Below are positions 32,401-40,434 of a DNA stretch of 64,000 nt, piece after piece (positions within the stretch are counted from its first letter, which is position 1; each line of letters begins with the position of its first letter). Source of the stretch: a virus. The translations under genes were made by a program, and so were the position numbers. The stretch spans positions 54,148 to 118,147 of IMG/VR virus record IMGVR_UViG_3300008117_004020; one strand, given 5' to 3'. The notes under the pieces are model-generated. The model was not told the DNA's origin. It did no database searches and worked only from the letters and a program-made list of their open reading frames with translations.

Positions 32401-33331
32401 TTTCTGAACTTGCACTAGCTGTAGATGAGGCCTCAGAGTCTATAGATGTAACATCAGATTTATCAACTGGTTTAGTAGCAGCATCTTTAGATGAAGCATC
32501 TTGTGCTGGTGTTGGTGCTGTTGCACCACCCACTGGACCAGCATTTCCACCTGGATAATATCCTTGACTCATGTAACGCTCATAGTTCATATTACCTCCA
32601 CTACCAGGCATATAGTCAGGATAGGGTGCTCCTTTCACTGTAGGAGGTATGTCAAATGGCACTAATGCTCCACGCTGTGCCATAAATCTATTACGAGAGT
32701 TATACAAAGACTCTGAGTAGTATGCAGGATATCCCATGTATTCTCTTACAGGTCTACCAGCAAATGGTGTAGGAGTGGTAATCATACCAGGTGTACCTAC
32801 ATTCATAAGCAAGTTGCCTCTCTCACCACCAGGAGCTGTTACAAAGTTTGCAGACTGCCCTAGTTCCTTAGCATACTGGGTGTTGGTATTATAGTTATCT
32901 ATACCCTGCATTAAATCTGAAAACATAGACATACCAGCATTAATCATTGATGGTAGAATATAATTAGACTGTCTAAATGTCTTTTTATTTTGTGCAGCAG
33001 TTTGATTTATAGCTCCAGGACCCCCTACTTTTTGACCCATAGGATTAGTTGTTCCAGTAATAGGTTGTCCTTTAGATCCTACACCTTGACCCATCCAAAT
33101 TCTATTAGCTTCTAATTGTTCAGGATATATCCAATTCCCAGTCTCATCTTGAACCATTCCAGCTGTTGGTGATGCAGAAGGCATCATATTACTAGGACGA
33201 GAAGGTATATTATCAATGTCTGGTATACAGTTACCAAATCCATCATCCATATATCCTTGAGGGCAATCATTAAATAACCCTCTCATTTGAAACTTTGGTA
33301 GTCTTTTTTGACCTGTAATTTTAATACGCAT
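29402..33331 (-). CDS. Modular cargo protein (1309 aa) with an M23 peptidase and an NNPGNI lysozyme-like domain
   Basis: HNGIDLA and STGPHLHF (M23, about 32030-32395); HNNPGNI...FPDMETG.KAM; EVEGGE...HSQGGVPV; recurring xxGG motifs. Confidence 0.8.
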   Translation of the reverse strand: MRIKITGQKRLPKFQMRGLFNDCPQGYMDDGFGNCIPDIDNIPSRPSNMMPSASPTAGMVQDETGNWIYPEQLEANRIWMGQGVGSKGQPITGTTNPMGQKVGGPGAINQTAAQNKKTFRQSNYILPSMINAGMSMFSDLMQGIDNYNTNTQYAKELGQSANFVTAPGGERGNLLMNVGTPGMITTPTPFAGRPVREYMGYPAYYSESLYNSRNRFMAQRGALVPFDIPPTVKGAPYPDYMPGSGGNMNYERYMSQGYYPGGNAGPVGGATAPTPAQDASSKDAATKPVDKSDVTSIDSEASSTASASSEIAMPLKDFKITSGFGPRKSPKKGASSSHNGIDLAAPVNSIVYSPMDGVVENIYSNDKGGKQLIIRHNDGSKSGFAHLNDYTVTIGDKVTRGQQVALSGNSGISTGPHLHFTFRDATGKFVDPSHLFNVKGVSGEKSNKTNISNWDHNNPGNIHIEGDFAKVYGGIKGRKDGNGHVAIFPDMETGLKAMRDLIFGSAYNNLSISEARNKWVTGNPKQQTSSTPYIVKEVGTDIKLNQLNEKQKKKVFEEFVKWEDRKIYNQLKQQGYFEEGGEIPEDNMLQDNPNSMKIRITGTSDKRQYAEGGRTVGDQMGYGLYRGQGVRDFKSFEEAPVDSEIRSVYPKASEKDNPNIEVEGGEMIIAKDGMSVYDVNGKKHSQGGVPVNVEPGSYVVSDYITAPSFLKEVMGFDVESNKKKDNTWAKLLGSKVNAKDYNRLAEIIKTAQGGGITDQFELSTAMNKFGVYQDYMSKAVLGGELTKGMMGKEYDIPSLAMPAMMKLMRMQGMGDLLAQVIQTNPPKNMEELSEALGMTAPQQPQEQEEESPEMMMHGGLHKFQTDGEVDVDINGRKIRATKVKDKTQIPQGYIPYDPNNYPNLYWQQGQEGISGQPGSLGVTPRRSSRKGDWRPMVKALAEKGATWEEITAYKPGVGRIVLPREDVKRFWETYYQPLEGTKGKEGTPDLYATFDTPDESTSESTSGEKDKGDKTSSYDLKKKEEDKKRVYSTYSQVLQKRPFEEDILGFAAAQYDPYRNVPPYQAKWQPRYTDAKQISTDAYNRLLQSQGAMAMAGNDLYGGAPQTRAARQMQVNASLLPEIQKNTLDTGLQNIQFATANEQMNNQIYNQAAREEALANTQLADKNAVFISNVDRSNMDKFAQKKAAFINTVANANKQYLMNQMYPQAAFDPLSYNMYFKPGSGYSVADTNPFGFGTGLGGDGYAQYRNFITQNKLDPNNPFDKLYLQQIMFNKNPMAAMMMMNMADANNPRQSKQGGYIPEYRVGGW

Positions 33332-33342
33332 ACTATTTAAAA

Positions 33343-33918
33343 TTAATCAATTATCTCAAATTTATAGCCTTCTGCTGTAAGTTTTTTTAGCATTTCTTCA
33401 TTTACATCATTTAATACAGTACCTACAGTGAGACCACCCTCTTGCATATATTGCTTCATAGGGTTATTATCTGCATACAAAGATGGTGCTATTGTATACA
33501 TATATGGTGAATTTGCATACGCTGGGATATTAACCTCTCCTTCATATTGATAAGAAGACATACCACCATCTCCAAACATAATATTCTGTGGAAAGTATCC
33601 TCCAAAGTTATACATAGCATTCCCTTCTTTCATATAGTTAGGAATATCACCACCATGCCTATACCACATATTACCTGAGTTAGTTGATCCACCACCTCTG
33701 TATTGAGCACCTGTTTGTTGTTCTTGAATCATTGCTTGAACAGCCTGCCTAATTTGCATTATAGCTTTTTGCTGATCTTTAGGATTCATCTCCTGAATTT
33801 GCTTAATAAGCTTTTCAGGTGTTGTATTAGAAGCTTTTGCATATAATGCGATCTCTTGCATTAATGTATCATCTGTCATGTCCCCATCTTGATTTTGAGG
33901 ATAGTAGGATTTGTTCAT
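33343..33918 (-). CDS. Small protein (191 aa) rich in [YFM]xxGG repeats
   Basis: YRGGG, YRHGG, YNFGG, FGDGG, MQEGG; tight packing with neighbouring genes. Confidence 0.7.
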   Translation of the reverse strand: MNKSYYPQNQDGDMTDDTLMQEIALYAKASNTTPEKLIKQIQEMNPKDQQKAIMQIRQAVQAMIQEQQTGAQYRGGGSTNSGNMWYRHGGDIPNYMKEGNAMYNFGGYFPQNIMFGDGGMSSYQYEGEVNIPAYANSPYMYTIAPSLYADNNPMKQYMQEGGLTVGTVLNDVNEEMLKKLTAEGYKFEIID

Positions 33919-33923
33919 TTGAT

Positions 33924-36900
33924 TTATTTTTTAATTTTCATGTTATAATAGTCCTTCAACAATCCACCCTCTTTCATAGATTTTTTAGATGGTTTGGAAA
34001 CATAACCTCCATAATTATACTGTAGATTAGTATAATTAAGCATTTCACCAAGTGTTGGTTGGTATTCTTGAGGATTTTTTTGTTTAAACTCAACTCTTTT
34101 ATCTTGATGAACATATGGGTTAAACTTATCTTTCTTTGCATAGTCAATACCATATTTAATGTCTTTAGTCACTCTTGGTCCTGTAGTTCTACTTAATTTA
34201 TTATCAAGAGATATATATTTAGGATCTTTAATTATTTTACTTTCTGCAATTCTTTTTAAAGAATCTAATTTCTCAAATATATTCCATCTTTGTTGTGCAG
34301 CTTGTTCTGTATAATAACCTCCTTCACCTCTTGCTTTATCAAATAATTCACTAAGCTCTTTATTAAGTTTTTTTACTTCTGGTTTACTATTATAATAAAT
34401 ATCCATTTTATTATCATAATAGTTCTCACGCTCTCTATAATATTTTTCAGTGTCAGGGTGATAGTAAGTTCTACTAAACATAGCATCTAATACCCCTACC
34501 CTGCTGTCTCCATATGCAGGAGCATTAGGATTAATACCTAACCATGGACGATCAGGTCTATAATAGAAATTGCTCACTCTTGAAAAACTTGGGGGATTAG
34601 GATAGAAATTCTTAGGATCATTTACACCAACAAGATCATTAGTGGAACAACTTCCTAAATAACAATTAAAATCACCAGCTCTTCTTTGAGCTTGTTCTAA
34701 TGCATCTCCCCATAAGTCATTAGGAATACCTGCATATCTTGAACCATGATGACCTAATATATAAACTCTGTCATCTTTTGTAATCTTACCTAATGTAGGA
34801 ACCACTTGTTTGTCAAAGTATTCTTTACCATATCCTGGCATAATAACTACTTCTTCATTGGGATAGTTTTTACCAATATATGTTTGTAAGTTTTTTGCTT
34901 CTTGTATAAAAGCAGAGGTTGTACGAGGACCAGGAAGACCTGCATTAGGGTCTTCAGGAAACACATAATGTTTTACTGTGCCTTTCTTTTGATACTTAGG
35001 TATTTTAGGAGCGAGTACAGGTATAGATATGTCTCCGCCACCTTGCATTATATTACCACCATACTTTCTATCATAATATCCTGTAGTTCCAGTTCCTATA
35101 CCTATAGGTCTACTCTGAAGCTCTTGCATAAACTGTGAACCTTCTTTCTCAGATGGAAAATATTGAGATGCTCTTTTACCAGACTCATCCGTATAGTCTA
35201 CTCTATAAGGAGTGCTCATATTAACTTTTCCTGATATATCTCCAGCTACCTGTCTAGTTAATGGAAGTATATTATACTCAGGAGCTTGAGATTCTCTTTC
35301 ATTTTTAACAGCTCCACGTTTAGGATGTAAAGTAGCTTCTCTATAAATAACAGGTTGTTTTGGTTTATCGTAAACATATGTTCTTTTATGTCCACCAGTT
35401 CCACCACCTAGATCTACCCATTCATTTGAATATTTAACACCTGCAGGATATTGTTTTTGTTTTATAGCGTATTCCGCATTTTTGAAAAGTTCTTTAAATT
35501 TTGGATTTTTTTTAACACTTTCACGATATTTTTTTAAATTTTCTTTTCTTTCTTGTGCTGATTCTACATGATCATAATGTTCAACAAAACCAACAGCTGG
35601 ATACCTTTGAAAGTTTACAGCACTATCACCATGAGCTTTCAATCTAGGATCATTAGGATCATTTGTATATATAGGAGGAAGAGTCCCACCTTTTTGCATC
35701 ATAGGATATTCATCTACATAATCTGCACCTGGAAAGTAATAGTCTTGACCAGGCTGCATAATAATTTTTTGACCTGTATTAGCATGCGCTTCTACAGGAT
35801 AAGGTACTCCATCCATTGTAATACTAGGCGAAAATACTCTTGTATTTTTACCAGGATGAGCCCATTGACCTCTATCATCATTTATCACCTTCCCTTGTTT
35901 AGCCGTAGTTCCTAAAGATAGTTGATTTGCAGAACCTCCCCATTTTTTAGTTGGAAAAACTTCTTCAATAGGTTCTTTAACTTTTTCACTAGGTTTACTA
36001 TCAAATAAATCATCTGCGTTAAAAACACCATTATAGCCTATACTATATTCAGGATTTGGATCTGCATTCCATTTGTCTATATACTCTTGACGTTCTTTAT
36101 TGGTTTTAAGGTTTATATTTTTTTTGCCAGTATCAGTATACATTGTCAATTCATAAGGACTTTCTATTTTATCAGTTTTTAAATATTCTAATGGAGTAGT
36201 ATTAATTTGTCCAAGCGATAAACTAGCAGCTGATTTACTTCCATCTTCTTCAGAGCTTTGGAAAGCTCTTGATCCACTAAATCTATCCTTAAGTTTTTTC
36301 CATGAATCATAATCCTTTACATATACTGTTTGCTGTTTACCTTGGTAATCTACATAATTAATAGCAAAAGAAGGATTGAATTCTACCTTTTGTTTAGCTT
36401 CTTGAAACTCAGGAGCATATTGAGTAGAAGCGGTGTCAACAAGATTACCTTTCTCATCATAATGTTTAGAGTCCACATGATAATCTGTAATAGCTACAGG
36501 ATTAATTATTTGATTTCCACTTATTACAGAGGCTGACTGATCAACAAATTCATCAACTGCTTTTGGATCATTTCCTTCTTTGATTAATTTGTCCTTATAT
36601 TGTTGAGTAGTATGTCTAACTAAAGGTTGATTTTTATATTTAGTAACGCTTTTAGCAACTGATTTCTTATCTTTATAAGATTTATCAGATGTTGATAATG
36701 TAGGACGAGCATTATTTGCTGTAATTGTTTTTTCATTAAAACTATTAAGATCATTTTCTTTTATACTAACTGCAGAGTTAATTGCTGCATTTGTACTATC
36801 ACTAGCTAATTGATTCCTTCTATTAAAATCATTTATATCTGATGTAATATATGGAGCAGGTCTTGGAACACATGTTCTTTTTACTGTATCCCAATACATA

Positions 36901-39900
36901 TTAGCAGGACATGATCCTGGACCACCTATATCAAATCTTGGAATTTCATATTTAATATCACCACCATTAGCATATCTACCTACATTTTGATAATAATTTT
37001 TTTGTAATGAAGGATTAGTAAAAATTCCTCTCTCCATTGATTTAGTAAGAGGATTATAACTAAATGATTTTAATCCTTCTATACCAGGTAAATCCATTTC
37101 AGTAGTTGGAGTGATAGTTATATTTTTTCTAGGTAATACCCCTTTTTGTAAAACATCACCTAATAATTCCCGATGTGTATCTAAAGGTCTACCTAATGAG
37201 GATTCAAGAGCTGATTGTTTTGCAAATAAATGTCTCCCAAATGGTTTATCAAATATAGATCGTTTAAACATCCCACTATATGGTTGGCTTTTCAACCACC
37301 ACGTTTTGTCACCTGTTAACTTACCAAGATCATTATGAATAATCCAATCATCAATTGGAGTAACTTCTTCATCATATTTAAAATAATCTTTATATGGATC
37401 ATCAAATTCAATTGGTGCTGCATCTGAAACATTATATTTCTTTTGTAACTTTTTAATATGTTTACTAGGATATGGATGATCTGGTCTTGGCATAAACATG
37501 TATGTTTCATCAGAAAGCCCTATTCCATTCTCAAACTCTGACATATAATACATCCTACCATTTCTTTGCAAAAAAGGACCATCAGAATACCACACTGTTT
37601 TTCCTTCAGGGAAATTAGGAGTGCCTTTATAAGATACATTAGGCCCAATAAGCTCTTCTTCAAGAATACGATTAGCATAATATCTATCAGCAAGTTTTGT
37701 ATTTAACTTACTGTTATTTAGCATTTTAGATACAATGACGCTTCTAGGACTGGGTATATTAGAAAGAAGACCTGATTCTGTACCTAAAGCTTTACGTGTT
37801 GCGTTTGCAATTTTTACTGGAGCATTTGTAACAGATTTAGAGCCAGGTAACATTTTAAAACTACCTACACCTGCTACATCACCTAATACTCCTAAAGCTG
37901 GAAGTATATTACTAGTAATACCATCACTGTTAAACCCATATGGATTTTGTCCAACAGCTAATTGCGTAAGTCTACCTGAAGAAGTTATGGGAGCTGTAAT
38001 AGGATTCATATTTACAAATACCTCAGATCCAGCAGTAGCAGCATCATAATCTCTACCAGATGGTGTAGCCATAGCAGCTGTTTGTACTAATGCTGGTGTT
38101 TGTACTTTTCCCCATGCACCTCCCTTAGCTGTTGGGTCATTAGCTGGAGCTATATCACCTGTCTCATAATTAAACTTAGCTCCTGTTTCAAATGCACGTT
38201 GTTTATTTAATTCATACCTTCTTTTTTTAGATTGAGGTGATTCAGGTGTAGCTGGACCTACAAATGTTCTTCTAGCATTTTCTCTAGCACCAGCATCCAT
38301 TTTTCTTTTTGTCTCAGCAGCTATAGCAGCACGTTGCATTACAGCTAAAGCGTCAGCATCTGTAGAATAGTTAGTAGTCTGTCCTAAATCCATCATCCAA
38401 GGATAAACTGTTCCTTTGGTTTGATATTTTTGTAATCCCCCTTCTTTATTAGGTGTAAGATTTTGCCATGCATCTATACCTCTATAGGTTTCTCCTAAAT
38501 CTAAATTTTTGGGAACCTTGCCATATAACTTGTTTAAACGCGCTTGAATTTTTGAAGATGTTTCTGCATCATCCGCCATTTTTAAAAGATCCTCATAATG
38601 TTTAATTTGATTAGATACTACTGAATTTAAATCAACATAGTTAGCCAGCTCATCTCCAAATACATAAATGTTTTTATTTCCTATGTCAAAGTTGGGATCC
38701 ATCATGTTAGATGGATTAGCACGCATTACTCCTTTAGCTTGTGACCCAAGAGGTTTTCTACTCCATAAATACTCAGGTCTAAAATCTTTATGATATGGAT
38801 TATAAGTATTTGCACCTCTTGTTAATTTTTGAAAAGTCCTTTCTAATGATAAATTATGGTCAAAATCAGGATGATTTTTTAAATTATCTAAAGTTCTATT
38901 AACAGCATGATTAATAGCATCTTTCCAATCATACCCCATATTAGTAAAATCACGAATATGTTTCTTATATTCATCCATGAATATTTGTTCATTAAACAAC
39001 TGCTCATTAGTTACAAAATCTAATTTTGTTGGAACTTTTTGTTCTCCATATTGAGCTAAATTAACTAATCTATCACCTGCTGTTGGATTTTGAGAACTAT
39101 AGTAAGTTCTTCCTTTTTGATTTTTTGCTGCTTCTTCAGCACCTTTTTCCTGTTGTTTTAAAAACTGCATATACTCTTCTGCTGTAGAAGGTATACCTGC
39201 TTTTTTATTAAACCAGCTATCTGTAACTCTTTGATTACGAGCTGCTAATCTAGAACTAGGAGGAAGCTCTTCTACAAAAACTGTTTCTGGATTATAGGTA
39301 CTACCTGATGGTGTCCTTGTAGTCATTTTAAGCATACCAAGATCACCAGATAATGCTAAAGCCCCTAGTATGTTTTGTCCTATACTATTATCTGCACTAA
39401 AATATGGATTGAATGTCTTAGGATCAAACATACTTCTACCAGCCCCATAAAGTCTGCTTGTTGACATAATAGGTCCAGTGATAAGAGGATTCATATTCAC
39501 TGTAGTCTCAGCTCCTATTACACCAGCATCTACATTATCTCCTGTAGGCGTAAACAATCCCATAGTTTGAGCTAAAGCGCTGTTTCTCTGAGCTTGACTT
39601 CTAGCATATTCTTGTGCAGATTGTTTTCTTTGTACATCGTACACTTTATTATACTGCCCAATCTGAGGACCTGTTTGTACAGCCCTTTGTTCATTTCTTC
39701 TAGCTATAGCTAAAGCATCAGATGGAGAAACTCTATATCCTGTAGGATTAGTAATAGGATGATAGGGTTGATCTGGTCCTACAGTGCCATCAGTTTGATA
39801 TTGATGCAGTCCCCCATATCCTTTCTTATTAAGAAATTTTTTAACATAATTAAGCTGGTTCTTTATCTTTTCTTCATATACAGGATCTGATGCATACCTA

Positions 39901-40433
39901 TTACCCGCTGCATTAATAAATCCTTTAGGCTTAAGTAAGTCTTCAAATGACTTTTCTCCTTTCTGTAAATAATCATTATACATTAAGTTAAGATAGTCAC
40001 CAACAGATTGTTTTGCAGAAGGGTAGTCTTTAGTTAATCCTTCATCTGTATTACCAATATTAAAATAATTATATTTGCTTTTAAGTTTTGTACCTAACCC
40101 ACTTTCCATTTGACCTTGAGTTAATATCATTTCTAGTGGAGCTTGATAACCAGTCTTATTATAAAAGTCCATAGCTGCATCTGCTATATCTTTAGCCTTA
40201 AGAGATGTGCCTTTAAACACTGGGCGGTTTAAATACTTTTGAGCGCTATTCAGATATGTATTATAATCAAAAGCGGGTTTTGTTGAACTTTCATTTCCTC
40301 CCATCATTCCCCTCATAAATGACCCAAGTCCAGATGCTATTTTAGACACTAAAGGATCAAAGATGTAATTTCCAACCTGTGCTTTTGGAAGTTTACCACT
40401 ATAATAGTTGCTAAGTTTAGATTTTTTTGCCAT
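33924..40433 (-). CDS. Multi-module cargo polyprotein (2169 aa) with an N-terminal GH73 glucosaminidase-like domain
   Basis: QGQMESGLG...YNYFNIG...YASDPVY (GH73-like, about 39830-40260); internal duplications; GQWAHPG...ITMDGVPYPV...EYPM domain; C-terminal GHHG...LGSC domain. Confidence 0.7.
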   Translation of the reverse strand: MAKKSKLSNYYSGKLPKAQVGNYIFDPLVSKIASGLGSFMRGMMGGNESSTKPAFDYNTYLNSAQKYLNRPVFKGTSLKAKDIADAAMDFYNKTGYQAPLEMILTQGQMESGLGTKLKSKYNYFNIGNTDEGLTKDYPSAKQSVGDYLNLMYNDYLQKGEKSFEDLLKPKGFINAAGNRYASDPVYEEKIKNQLNYVKKFLNKKGYGGLHQYQTDGTVGPDQPYHPITNPTGYRVSPSDALAIARRNEQRAVQTGPQIGQYNKVYDVQRKQSAQEYARSQAQRNSALAQTMGLFTPTGDNVDAGVIGAETTVNMNPLITGPIMSTSRLYGAGRSMFDPKTFNPYFSADNSIGQNILGALALSGDLGMLKMTTRTPSGSTYNPETVFVEELPPSSRLAARNQRVTDSWFNKKAGIPSTAEEYMQFLKQQEKGAEEAAKNQKGRTYYSSQNPTAGDRLVNLAQYGEQKVPTKLDFVTNEQLFNEQIFMDEYKKHIRDFTNMGYDWKDAINHAVNRTLDNLKNHPDFDHNLSLERTFQKLTRGANTYNPYHKDFRPEYLWSRKPLGSQAKGVMRANPSNMMDPNFDIGNKNIYVFGDELANYVDLNSVVSNQIKHYEDLLKMADDAETSSKIQARLNKLYGKVPKNLDLGETYRGIDAWQNLTPNKEGGLQKYQTKGTVYPWMMDLGQTTNYSTDADALAVMQRAAIAAETKRKMDAGARENARRTFVGPATPESPQSKKRRYELNKQRAFETGAKFNYETGDIAPANDPTAKGGAWGKVQTPALVQTAAMATPSGRDYDAATAGSEVFVNMNPITAPITSSGRLTQLAVGQNPYGFNSDGITSNILPALGVLGDVAGVGSFKMLPGSKSVTNAPVKIANATRKALGTESGLLSNIPSPRSVIVSKMLNNSKLNTKLADRYYANRILEEELIGPNVSYKGTPNFPEGKTVWYSDGPFLQRNGRMYYMSEFENGIGLSDETYMFMPRPDHPYPSKHIKKLQKKYNVSDAAPIEFDDPYKDYFKYDEEVTPIDDWIIHNDLGKLTGDKTWWLKSQPYSGMFKRSIFDKPFGRHLFAKQSALESSLGRPLDTHRELLGDVLQKGVLPRKNITITPTTEMDLPGIEGLKSFSYNPLTKSMERGIFTNPSLQKNYYQNVGRYANGGDIKYEIPRFDIGGPGSCPANMYWDTVKRTCVPRPAPYITSDINDFNRRNQLASDSTNAAINSAVSIKENDLNSFNEKTITANNARPTLSTSDKSYKDKKSVAKSVTKYKNQPLVRHTTQQYKDKLIKEGNDPKAVDEFVDQSASVISGNQIINPVAITDYHVDSKHYDEKGNLVDTASTQYAPEFQEAKQKVEFNPSFAINYVDYQGKQQTVYVKDYDSWKKLKDRFSGSRAFQSSEEDGSKSAASLSLGQINTTPLEYLKTDKIESPYELTMYTDTGKKNINLKTNKERQEYIDKWNADPNPEYSIGYNGVFNADDLFDSKPSEKVKEPIEEVFPTKKWGGSANQLSLGTTAKQGKVINDDRGQWAHPGKNTRVFSPSITMDGVPYPVEAHANTGQKIIMQPGQDYYFPGADYVDEYPMMQKGGTLPPIYTNDPNDPRLKAHGDSAVNFQRYPAVGFVEHYDHVESAQERKENLKKYRESVKKNPKFKELFKNAEYAIKQKQYPAGVKYSNEWVDLGGGTGGHKRTYVYDKPKQPVIYREATLHPKRGAVKNERESQAPEYNILPLTRQVAGDISGKVNMSTPYRVDYTDESGKRASQYFPSEKEGSQFMQELQSRPIGIGTGTTGYYDRKYGGNIMQGGGDISIPVLAPKIPKYQKKGTVKHYVFPEDPNAGLPGPRTTSAFIQEAKNLQTYIGKNYPNEEVVIMPGYGKEYFDKQVVPTLGKITKDDRVYILGHHGSRYAGIPNDLWGDALEQAQRRAGDFNCYLGSCSTNDLVGVNDPKNFYPNPPSFSRVSNFYYRPDRPWLGINPNAPAYGDSRVGVLDAMFSRTYYHPDTEKYYRERENYYDNKMDIYYNSKPEVKKLNKELSELFDKARGEGGYYTEQAAQQRWNIFEKLDSLKRIAESKIIKDPKYISLDNKLSRTTGPRVTKDIKYGIDYAKKDKFNPYVHQDKRVEFKQKNPQEYQPTLGEMLNYTNLQYNYGGYVSKPSKKSMKEGGLLKDYYNMKIKK

Positions 40434-40434
40434 T

